Made by a program: the position numbers and the translations under genes. Under the pieces are notes generated by a model. The model had not been told where the DNA came from. It saw nothing but the letters and a program-made list of their open reading frames with translations, and did not search any database. A stretch of 64,000 nucleotides of DNA from Dehalococcoidia bacterium (GTDB taxonomy: Bacteria; Chloroflexota; Dehalococcoidia; Lucifugimonadales; JAGWBF01): NCBI GenBank assembly GCA_965220375.1, contig OZ244824.1, positions 98,311-162,310 on the forward strand, in the 5' to 3' direction. Positions 35,440 through 43,568 of the stretch are shown one piece after another. How positions within the stretch are numbered: the stretch's first letter is position 1; every line of letters starts with the position of its first letter.

Positions 35440-38400
35440 CTAGCCCTCGTTGTCGACCGCCCCCGCTTCAACCAAGATCGCCTCGACTTCAGGCCCTCCT
35501 TGTCTCTTTGCGATGACGAGTGGAGTTAAGCCGTCGTACCATGCCGTTTGGGATTGGCATGTGTCGTTTACGTCGATGCCCGCAGCGATTTGTGCCTTCA
35601 CCTCTGCAATATCTGCGTAATTGACGGCTGAGCACAATGCCTCGTTCGCCTTGGGTTCTAGTGGGGGCCTGGCGTTCAGATTGCCATGATCGATGTCGAG
35701 AGTCCCCAAGTTGAGAACTGGAGATTCGGTCGTCGAGCCGAATCTCCACGGGTCGTCACTTGATCCGTCACCGTCCAGGTCCACGTTCCAGTCGGCGTAA
35801 ACGCCCGTGTACCCGGTGGGCGATCGCAACTCGACGGTGGTCTTGCCCTCGCCTCCAGTGCTATCGGATTGACCGGAGGTCTCCGTATCCCAGTAGCAGT
35901 TGGCTACGGTGCCATAGTTACCGTTCCATCCAATCAGCCCTCCTCCACTTTGCGGGACTCCGCCCGTGGAGAAGCAAACTGTTACGACGCCTTGGTTCGA
36001 TCCAATCAGCCCGCCGTAGCGGTCTGCTCTGCCGGACACTGATCCCTCTGCGTAGGCGGCAGTGACAACACCAGTGTAGCGATTGTCCCCAACAAGGCCG
36101 CCAACGTCGGCAAACCCGCTGCCGGACACGCCGCCCGTAGCGTAACTGGCAACGATGACGCCGGCGTTCACGCCAGCCAGGCCGCCGAAGTTGTCACCTT
36201 GCCCCGATACGCCGCCGGTAGCATAGCTAGTGATGATCTTGCCTTCGGCCTCGTTGTCCCCAACAAGGCCGCCCACGTCGGCAAACCCGCTGCCGGACAC
36301 GCCGCCCGTAGCGTAACTGGCAACGATGACGCCGGCGTTCACGCCAGCCAGGCCGCCGAAGTTGTCACCTTGCCCCGACACGTCGCCGGTGGCGTAGCTA
36401 TTGGTGATCTCGCCTCCAATTTCGTTGTCGCCCACCAGCCCGCCAACGGTGGGAAAGCAGTCGCCGCAGGCCTTGGTGGACACTTTGCCCGTGGCGTAAC
36501 TATCGGTGATGGCGCCGGAGTTTGCGCCTACCAGACCACCGAAGGTGTCCGTGAATCCGGACACGACACTGGTGGAGTGACTGCCGGCTATCGCTCCGCT
36601 GCTTCCCCCAACCAGACCGCCGCCATTGGCATAGCAGGTACGACTTTCAGAGCCGAACAGGGGAAAGCCAACCAAGTCGTTGACAAGATCGGTTATCACT
36701 CCAGATGCACTGCCGCCGGATCTACGAGCGCTAGCTACGTTGCCGGCGGAGCGACTGTTCTCAATATTGCCTGCATTGAGGCCAACCAGACCGCCAATGT
36801 GATCAACACAACCAGCAACGAGACCATCAGCATAGCTGTCGTCAATTACGCCGAGGCCAACTCCGGCCAGCGCGCCTACAGCTCCGTATCCGGAAGCCGC
36901 TACGCTTGCGTCCACCAATCCAATACCCGAGACTGTGCTTCCGGCGCCGAGAACTCCGAACAAACCGACATTGGGCGACCTGCGAATGTACAAATTGGAG
37001 ATTGTGTGGTCTCCGCCTTCAAAGGTGGCATCAAAGGGGTCTTTGCTTTGACCTATGGGATTCCACCCGCTGCCGCCGTTCCAATAGACATCGCCCTCGT
37101 CCGCTTCACCGTTTCCATTGGTGTCAAAGTCAAGATTGGCTGTCAACTCATACCCGGCACAACTTTCGATAGAACACATCGTGCCGGTGTCGGCATCGGA
37201 AAACGCGATCGCATAGTCGGCATTATCGGAGATGCCGTCTCCGTCCGTGTCCCACCGAATAGCATCAAGCTGCGTCAGGTTGTCCACCTCTATGAGACCG
37301 TCACCGTCTCGGTCACGCGCTGACGATGAAGTTTCGGTCGAGGTTGGCGGGTCTGATGTTGGAGTTGCAGTCTGAGTCGCCACAGGTTGCGGTGTGGGGG
37401 TGTCCGATGTCCTCGTTGTCGAAGAATCAGACGCCGGCTCAGCCTCCACCGGATCCGAATCGATTAGCTGGGCAGGATAGTGTGAGTCGATTTCCGAGCA
37501 TCCTCCACTGTTGCAGCTAACTACCCAGTAATAGTTTCCGCCGTCGTCTGGGCTGGTCGGGTTGGTGTGGACGTAGCTCGTCCCAGTGACGTCCGCAGCC
37601 AACTCCCCGCAGAATCTCGGTGTGCCGTCACTAGTCAACGAACAGACGTCGTCGAAGAAATCGTCGTGGTAGACCTTGTAGTAGTCCGCCCCATCCACCG
37701 CGTCCCAACTGACACGTATCGTCGAACCGTCCCAGGCATACTGCGGATTGGTCCCGTTAGGCCGCAGTATCCTCCCGCTTAACTGGTTACCATCAAGGCT
37801 CAGATTGGGTATCTTGCCAAGTGCAGCCGGTATCTCCCCCCTCAACTGGTTATCAGCGAGGTCCAGTCGTTGCAGGTTGAGTAGATTGCCCAGCTCAGTC
37901 GGCATCTCCCCACTCAACTGGTTCTCACTGAGGTCCAGTCGTTGCAGGTTGAGTAGATTGCCCAACTCAGATGGTATCTCCTCCCTCAACTGGTTATCAG
38001 CGAGGTCCAGTCGTTGCAGGTTGAGTAGATTGCCCAACTCAGATGGTATCTCCCCGCTCAACCGGTTATGATCAAGTTCCAGTCGTTGCATGTTGAGAAG
38101 ACTACCAAGTGCAGCCGGTATCTCCCCGCTCAACTGGTTACTATTGAGGCGCAGACGTTCCAGGCTGAGTAGATTGCCCAGTTCAGCCGGCATCTCCCCG
38201 CTCAACCGGTTATCACGGAGGCTCAGGGCAGTAACACACTCGCCCACAACGCGATCATTCGAAGTGATTCTATTGGCGCTGACACCGGCCCAATCGCCAA
38301 GTGGAGCGTCGGTGAGCCAGTTCGTATTGTTCCTCCAGTTCGGGCCGTCAGTGGCGTTGTAGAGCGCAACCAGCACCGCTTCATCCCTGCTGCGGGGCGC

Positions 38401-39018
38401 GCATGTAGGCAAAAAGGCAGGCCCTGTCGAACTCCGCTCGGAATCGGCTGTCGTGGTGGCATCGGGCTGAGGCGTATCGAACTCTCCCTCGTCGGTCGGC
38501 TCAGAATCGGATTCGCCTGTACATCCGGCCGCGGACAACCGCTCACGGACATCCGCGGGCATGGCATCCCATGCCGCTCCGACTTCCTCAAATAAGGACA
38601 GAGTCTCGTTGTCAAGGAAGAGAATAAACGGATCGAAGATTGCGTCTTGGGGTTTTGCATCGACCAGCCTCTTCGCGGCTGTCCATCCCGCCAGGACCTT
38701 GTTGTGCCAGTCGGCTATTTCTGTCGGTGGGTCGATCGACTCCATCCTCTCGATAAGTCCTGCGTAGAACGTCGAGACTTCACGGTTCGTGTAATCCTCG
38801 TTGTCGTCCAGTTCCTCTTGGGCTCCCTCGGAACAGAATGCTTCGTATTCGTCCCACGCTCCAGAGTCGCCATTTCTGATGGCCGTGGATTCCGTAGTGT
38901 CGCTACAGGCGGACATTGCGATGATGATAAGCAGAAGACCCGTCAGAATGCTGGCCCAGCGTAAGGTCCTGATGTCGAAGTTCATTTGCGTCCTCCCATC
39001 AATGGGCTGCTTGGTCAT
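35440..39018 (-). CDS. Giant chimeric surface protein: lipoprotein-like signal, helical N-domain, LRR block, FN3-like domain, calcium-binding-like DxDxDG stretch, GLUG-motif repeat region, C-terminal ankyrin repeat
   Basis: Signal LLLIIIAMSACSD. Cap RDEAVLVALYNATDGPNWRNNTNWLTDAPLGDWAGV plus 7 LRRs. DRDGDGLIEVDNLTQLDAIRWDTDGDGISDN. About 10 repeats of GGLVG.N.G.I..SYATG.VSG. ANK-like LTPLVIAKRQGGPEVEAILVEAGA. Confidence 0.85.
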   Translation of the reverse strand: MTKQPIDGRTQMNFDIRTLRWASILTGLLLIIIAMSACSDTTESTAIRNGDSGAWDEYEAFCSEGAQEELDDNEDYTNREVSTFYAGLIERMESIDPPTEIADWHNKVLAGWTAAKRLVDAKPQDAIFDPFILFLDNETLSLFEEVGAAWDAMPADVRERLSAAGCTGESDSEPTDEGEFDTPQPDATTTADSERSSTGPAFLPTCAPRSRDEAVLVALYNATDGPNWRNNTNWLTDAPLGDWAGVSANRITSNDRVVGECVTALSLRDNRLSGEMPAELGNLLSLERLRLNSNQLSGEIPAALGSLLNMQRLELDHNRLSGEIPSELGNLLNLQRLDLADNQLREEIPSELGNLLNLQRLDLSENQLSGEMPTELGNLLNLQRLDLADNQLRGEIPAALGKIPNLSLDGNQLSGRILRPNGTNPQYAWDGSTIRVSWDAVDGADYYKVYHDDFFDDVCSLTSDGTPRFCGELAADVTGTSYVHTNPTSPDDGGNYYWVVSCNSGGCSEIDSHYPAQLIDSDPVEAEPASDSSTTRTSDTPTPQPVATQTATPTSDPPTSTETSSSARDRDGDGLIEVDNLTQLDAIRWDTDGDGISDNADYAIAFSDADTGTMCSIESCAGYELTANLDFDTNGNGEADEGDVYWNGGSGWNPIGQSKDPFDATFEGGDHTISNLYIRRSPNVGLFGVLGAGSTVSGIGLVDASVAASGYGAVGALAGVGLGVIDDSYADGLVAGCVDHIGGLVGLNAGNIENSRSAGNVASARRSGGSASGVITDLVNDLVGFPLFGSESRTCYANGGGLVGGSSGAIAGSHSTSVVSGFTDTFGGLVGANSGAITDSYATGKVSTKACGDCFPTVGGLVGDNEIGGEITNSYATGDVSGQGDNFGGLAGVNAGVIVASYATGGVSGSGFADVGGLVGDNEAEGKIITSYATGGVSGQGDNFGGLAGVNAGVIVASYATGGVSGSGFADVGGLVGDNRYTGVVTAAYAEGSVSGRADRYGGLIGSNQGVVTVCFSTGGVPQSGGGLIGWNGNYGTVANCYWDTETSGQSDSTGGEGKTTVELRSPTGYTGVYADWNVDLDGDGSSDDPWRFGSTTESPVLNLGTLDIDHGNLNARPPLEPKANEALCSAVNYADIAEVKAQIAAGIDVNDTCQSQTAWYDGLTPLVIAKRQGGPEVEAILVEAGAVDNEG

Positions 39019-39324
39019 GGATGTAGGCTCCCTCTTTTGTGTTTCCGGCCCCCAGGCCGCCTCAGTCCGTGAAGATATGCCCCAGGCCCATATCGTCGGC
39101 CAAGTCGAGCAGCGCCATCATGTGCCGCATGCTGGCACGGTCTTTCTTCCAGCACCTCGTCGTCTAGGGGCTTTGCTCCAAAAGGGCCAGTTGTTCCAAA
39201 AGTCCGAAGTTTGTCCTGTAGTAGCCCCAGCCTGTTTGAGTCTCGGCGGTCACTCTACAGTAAGCCTCGGCTCAGGAAAACGGTCAATTGCGCACCTTGA
39301 ATCCGGGAGATCACACGACCCCGA

Positions 39325-39388
39325 AGTCTCGGGTTCTTCTATCTCTTCAGGTGTCCCATTATTGCTGGTTGCCAACAGACCTACGGCC
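39325..39388 (+). repeat. Solo IS-A-like right end
   Basis: ..TCTCGGGTTCTTCTATCTCTTCAGGTGTCCCATTATTGCTGGTTGCCAACAGACC aligns with the IS-A right ends (3603-3648, 21041-21085). There is no transposase upstream. Confidence 0.65.
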
Positions 39389-40404
39389 TACAGTGCGCCC
39401 GGACCGACCAGCTTACGCAAGAAATGCGCAAAATCTTTCAGCTGCTTGGTATCCTCCTCCGACAGGCCATCGGGCTCAAAGTGCATCACGTCGTTCCGAA
39501 TGTTTCTGACGGAATCGAGGTGTTTGACAAAAGTTCCCCGGTGAACCGTCACATTCAGTAACTCCCAGTTATCTTCGTTTTCCAGAAGCCGACAGTATTC
39601 ACCGAGCGTTAGGTCTGCAGAGCCGTTGATGGTCCTCTCAATGTCGAAAGAGGGCGTTTCACCACGCATTTGTTCGATGGTGAACTTCTTATAGATAAGT
39701 TGGCGCAAATACCCCTCTATCTCCCCAATGAACAGGAATGGACCAGCCAACTGCATTAGTTGGTTCGATAGGTCTGTTGCTGTAACGATGCCAGTTATGG
39801 TGTTGTCCGAGCCTCGCACAAGTACGTATCCGTGTTCGGCGACCACTTGTATGGCATCGAATAAAGGAGCGTCAATGGCAAGTTCTTTCGCGGTCTCCAT
39901 ACAATCACGAACACGTTCGCATTTACGGCCAAAAGAGAGATGAGCACCGATTAATTTCCAGCTGACAATCCCTTTTACTGTTCGCCCATTCTCCATGACG
40001 GGAAGTTGCGAAAAGTCCTGTAGCTCCATTATTGTTGCAGCTTCCGCTAGAGCATTGTCAGGTTTAACGCTCACTGGCTTATTGTTCGCCGCTTCAAGGG
40101 TTCCAACGCGGTATGTTGAGTCGGACGGTTGTCCTGAAGATGGGGAGCCGTCTGCTTCCTGGTCCAATTCGATCAATATCTTTGAGCCTGCGTACTGGAA
40201 CTCAAAATCTGGAACGACGCGAAGATTCGCCTGTTCCAAGTCATTCCGGATACGACTATTGACTGAAGCTCCGCGTCTCTCATACCCATACAAACGTACC
40301 AATTCACGTGCCGTAATTTCGTGTGGGGTGGGAACCGCGCCTTTGGCGCTTTGTTCCTGCATTTGCTGAGCGATTTCTGCGAGTCTATTCTTCACCGCAC
40401 TCAT
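39388..40404 (-). CDS. CBS-pair domain protein with C-terminal HEPN-like (Rx4H) domain and an unassigned ~100-aa N-terminal domain
   Basis: Two CBS-like modules (..SVKPDNALAEAATIMELQDFSQLPVMENGRTVKGIVSWKLI.. and ..IDAPLFDAIQVVAEHGYVLVRGSDNTITGIVTATDL..). The C-terminal helical region carries VRNIRNDVMHF (R-x4-H). Confidence 0.7.
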   Translation of the reverse strand: MSAVKNRLAEIAQQMQEQSAKGAVPTPHEITARELVRLYGYERRGASVNSRIRNDLEQANLRVVPDFEFQYAGSKILIELDQEADGSPSSGQPSDSTYRVGTLEAANNKPVSVKPDNALAEAATIMELQDFSQLPVMENGRTVKGIVSWKLIGAHLSFGRKCERVRDCMETAKELAIDAPLFDAIQVVAEHGYVLVRGSDNTITGIVTATDLSNQLMQLAGPFLFIGEIEGYLRQLIYKKFTIEQMRGETPSFDIERTINGSADLTLGEYCRLLENEDNWELLNVTVHRGTFVKHLDSVRNIRNDVMHFEPDGLSEEDTKQLKDFAHFLRKLVGPGAL

Positions 40405-40467
40405 GTCCGTGGCACTCCTCTAATCCCGGTTACGCGACGATCCGCAACTTCTCCTCACTGGGTTAGC

Positions 40468-40752
40468 TGAGGTAGACCCAGTTATTTAGACAGAATCAGG
40501 GCAGAGTCAAGTGAGAATCCCGGCTCTCCTGCCAGTCGTTCTGCGCTGGTACCCGGTGAAGATCTCCTTCCACTATACTCCCCTTCCCCGATCCCCTGCT
40601 CTCCATGGAACACCTCGGCCGAGGTCCGGTAGCCCAGGGCCTGATGGGGCCTCAGATGGTTGTAGAACAGGAAGTAGTCTTCAGCCCCCTCTGGGTCTCC
40701 AGCATGTTGGCGTAGGCTTTCAGGTACACCTCTTCGTACTTCACGGTCCGCC
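40468..40752 (-). mobile_element. IS-B copy 3: 3'-terminal ~285-bp remnant
   Basis: Degenerate IR TGAGGTAGACCCAG and the orfB C-terminal coding sequence collinear with 35060-35359 and 3992-4290. Confidence 0.8.
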
Positions 40753-40948
40753 GGAGCTGATCGCCGAGCAGGTGGGGGTCAGCGTGGCCAAGGCCCGCCA
40801 GTGGATGAACGTCTGGAAGGCGGCGGAGCTGAGGACACCCTACGAGGTCATAGCGTCGAGTCTGTATCTGAGCATCAACCAGGTGCAGCGGTTGGTGAAG
40901 GCGGCCTGGGTGATGGGGGTACTCCTGTCGGCGCGGACCCGGTACTAG
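40753..40948 (+). pseudogene. HTH-containing gene fragment (phage/regulator-like), 5'-truncated by the IS-B remnant
   Basis: ELIAEQVGVSVAKARQWMNVWKAAELRTPYEVIASSLYLSINQVQRLVKAAW. It begins abruptly at the IS remnant boundary. Confidence 0.35.
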
Positions 40949-41674
40949 AAGCGGAAGCACGCGGGCTGGGTGCACATCGCAGCCTGGAGGTAGGCGAGGG
41001 ACCGGCCTCGTGGGGCGGTGCTGCGGGTGCTCCAGGGTGATGTTCCGAGAGTAAAAGGCGCGACGGCGGAAATAATTATCTATGAATTATGGGGAATATT
41101 CTGGACATCACGAATGAAAGGAGGCAACGACCGGCGATTTGACCGTCGATTTCTCGTAGCTGGAGCATGGCGATCTCGGCGATGTCGGAGATTTGACCGG
41201 CGATTTTGCGACAGCACGAACAAAAAGAGGAAAATGAGCGACAACTCAGCTATAAAATGGACGGACGCCACATGGAATCCGACGACGGGCTGCACCAAGG
41301 TCTCTGCGGGCTGCGACCGGTGCTATGCTGAGCGGATCGCGCTGAGGTTCGGCAGGAGCTTTGACCTGGAACTCCACCCTGACCGGCTGGAGAAACCGTT
41401 GACATGGCGGAAGCCTCGGAGGGTGTTCGTCAACTCGGTGTCGGACCTGTTCCACCGGGATGTTCCCTGGGGATTCGTTGACCAGGTGTTCGGCGTGATG
41501 GAGGCGGCCGAGCATCACACCTACCAGCTGCTTACGAAGCGCAGTTCCACCATGAGGGATTATCTGCGGTCGAGGTACGCCGGCAGGGAGTGCCCAGCTC
41601 ACATCTGGTGTGGTGTGTCGGTCGAGGACCGGAAAGCCCTGGTGAGAGTGAAGCATCTACAGGAGAGCCCCGCG

Positions 41675-41744
41675 GGTTCCGTTTGCTTTTGGTGTATGGT
41701 GTGGCTATGTCCAGATAGTCCATACCTCAGAAGCAAACGGAACC
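41675..41744 (-). repeat. B palindromic element, copy B2 (70 bp)
   Basis: Exact reverse complement of B3 (70/70 by manual comparison). It is inserted in the DUF5131 coding sequence after ..CAGGAGAGCCCCGCG. Confidence 0.9.
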
Positions 41745-41891
41745 CCCGCGCCCAATCCGGTGACATCGGACGGGCGCCAGGTCCGGACTCACCCCGGACG
41801 ATCACCTAGGCGATCCCGGTCAGTTGCCCGAGCGACAGGTCCAGCCCATCAATCAACGGCTCACACGACAGGAACCACACTGACGCGGGGC

Positions 41892-41961
41892 GGTTCCGTT
41901 TGCTTCTGAGGTATGGACTATCTGGACATAGCCACACCATACACCAAAAGCAAACGGAACC
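41892..41961 (+). repeat. B palindromic element, copy B3 (70 bp)
   Basis: GGTTCCGTTTGCTTCTGAGGTATGGACTATCTGGACATAGCCACACCATACACCAAAAGCAAACGGAACC, with the inner stem GTATGG/CCATAC. Confidence 0.9.
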
Positions 41962-42148
41962 CCTCAATTCTATCCATTCGAGGTCCGCTACCGAACCCTT
42001 GGGAAGACGCTGGTGGAGATTTCCCGGAGGCAGCCACCTCCGCACTGACATCGTGGCGCACGGGCAGACTCGCTCCGATGCGGTTTCCTACCCCGTATCT
42101 GACCACAATGTTGTAGCCGGGAGTCTTCTGTAGGCTCACAGGCTACCA

Positions 42149-42195
42149 AGCCACATCTCGAAAACGGTTCTGTCTATCGTCAAAATAGGCCCACC
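42149..42195 (-). repeat. R1/C tail fragment (no hairpin core)
   Basis: AGCCACATCTCGAAAACGGTTCTGTCTATCGTCAAAATAGGCCCACC aligns with 3768-3813. Confidence 0.7.
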
Positions 42196-42490
42196 TGACT
42201 GGACTCGAACCATAAAAGTGAGCTGTATGATGTGGTAAGGAACGTGGGAATAGCTAGCTATGATAGACGATTTTATAGCTACATCCTAGTCCCCTCAGCT
42301 CCACCAATTTCCGACCTACTGAGACTGAATTCATAGCTCTCCTAGCCCACATCTCCCGAACCGGCAAGGCCGCCTTCCACAACTCCTGACCGTTGCTGTG
42401 ATCGTTCTCCTGGGGCCGAGTCCATGGCCCAGAATTGAAGCAGAGTGGCTGTAAGCACAAGCGGTTATGGGGCCGTGGCTGCCTCTCAGG

Positions 42491-42934
42491 CTAAGGGCAG
42501 GCGGGGGTAAGCGCCACCACGGGAATCCGGCGGTCTGTTCCAGCACGGTAGCCTGCGAAGCGTGGACTTGCCTCAGCCACTTTGTCGAACAGCGCGGCCC
42601 GTTCCTCGCCCTGGGCTATACGCGCCTCGGCCGGGAAGCTCCCGCTCTCAGTTTCGACAGTAACGCTTGGATTGGCAGCGGCGTTCAAATACCACGCCGG
42701 ATGATGGTCCTGGCCGTAATTCGAAGCAACGACTATGAGATCCCTTGACCCTTCGAATTGGAAGTAAATCAAGGGCGAGGACCGCGGCTTGCCGCTCTTG
42801 CGGCCCCTGGTCACGAGAACGAGGATTTGGTGGCCTTCCAAGCGGTTCAAGAGACGGCCACGGGAAATGCGGAACAGCAGCCCGTGAATCGGGACGAAAA
42901 GCCACGCTATGATGAGGCGTTTATAGGTAGGCAT
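42491..42934 (-). CDS. Deazaflavin (F420)-dependent nitroreductase-family protein (DDN/DUF385-like)
   Basis: ..ILVLVTRGRKSGKPRSSPLIY......LIVVASNYGQDHHPAWYLN..ANP.V.V.. Confidence 0.8.
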   Translation of the reverse strand: MPTYKRLIIAWLFVPIHGLLFRISRGRLLNRLEGHQILVLVTRGRKSGKPRSSPLIYFQFEGSRDLIVVASNYGQDHHPAWYLNAAANPSVTVETESGSFPAEARIAQGEERAALFDKVAEASPRFAGYRAGTDRRIPVVALTPACP

Positions 42935-43416
42935 GGCGGGCCCCTTCCCGAGGTTACAGCCATGTAAGCATTGTTGCAGGCCGCTGTCAAGGAGACCGGC
43001 CGCCCAGGTGCCGTATCGTTAGGTGTGTAAAAGAAGGGGAGTATCCTTCCGGGTGAAACCAGCCCATGAAGGGGGGGTACGCCCGTGGTGCAGGTCAAAG
43101 ACCAGACAGAGCTGACATTAGAGGAAAGAAGGTCAACCCTAGTCTGCTCCCCGAAGACTAAACCAGCCACAATGCGAGTCTTGTGGGATGATCTAAACCG
43201 ACTGGAAAAGAGGATCGTCCCATGAAGAGGTCTCGATGCAGCCCGGAGCAGATGGCCATGCACACGCTCACGACCATGGCTCGACGTTGTTGGGATCGAC
43301 CCTGACGACCGCACTCGGTCTGAGCGCCTGATCTTCTTGCCGGTGCTCGCGACCCAAGAGTATGGCAACACAGCGGCGATCGTGATTGGCTACGCGCTGA
43401 TCTCAGCCACCCTCCT

Positions 43417-43494
43417 AATGCCGCCGTCAATGACAGTCTGGGGCGTGCACTAGTAAATGCCGCCGTCAATGACAGTCTGGGGCGTGCACTAGTA
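43417..43494. repeat. Perfect 39-bp tandem duplication
   Basis: AATGCCGCCGTCAATGACAGTCTGGGGCGTGCACTAGTA occurs at 43417-43455 and 43456-43494. Confidence 0.9.
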
Positions 43495-43568
43495 CATGCG
43501 GCTGCGCTCGAACCTAGAGTCTATGTGAGACGAATTAGATGAAGCGCTGGAGGAGCAGCGTAGCGAAC

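Larger units (their letters stand above)
41234..42116 (+). pseudogene. Phage Gp37/Gp68-like (DUF5131) gene, split by two B elements with the central segment inverted and an in-frame TAG
   Basis: N-terminal part on plus (MSDNSAIKWTDATWNPTTGC.KVS.GC..CYAE...VFVNSVSDLFH...HTYQLLTKR...IWCGVSVE..). The continuation SVWFLSCEPLIDGLDLS..GIA*VIVRGESGPGARPMSPDW is encoded on the minus strand of 41745-41891. Assignment of the C-terminal part to 41962-42116 is weak. Confidence 0.7.

Noticed and set aside
530-39018. Diversity-generating retroelement or VLR-like templated diversification of the LRR genes.
   Set aside because: No reverse transcriptase ORF, no template/variable repeat pair with adenine-specific differences and no silent donor cassettes were found. 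The variation is explained by paralog divergence plus unit duplication.
40753-42140. Intact prophage or integrative element.
   Set aside because: Only an HTH gene fragment and a shattered DUF5131 gene remain. No integrase, terminase, capsid or att sites were seen.
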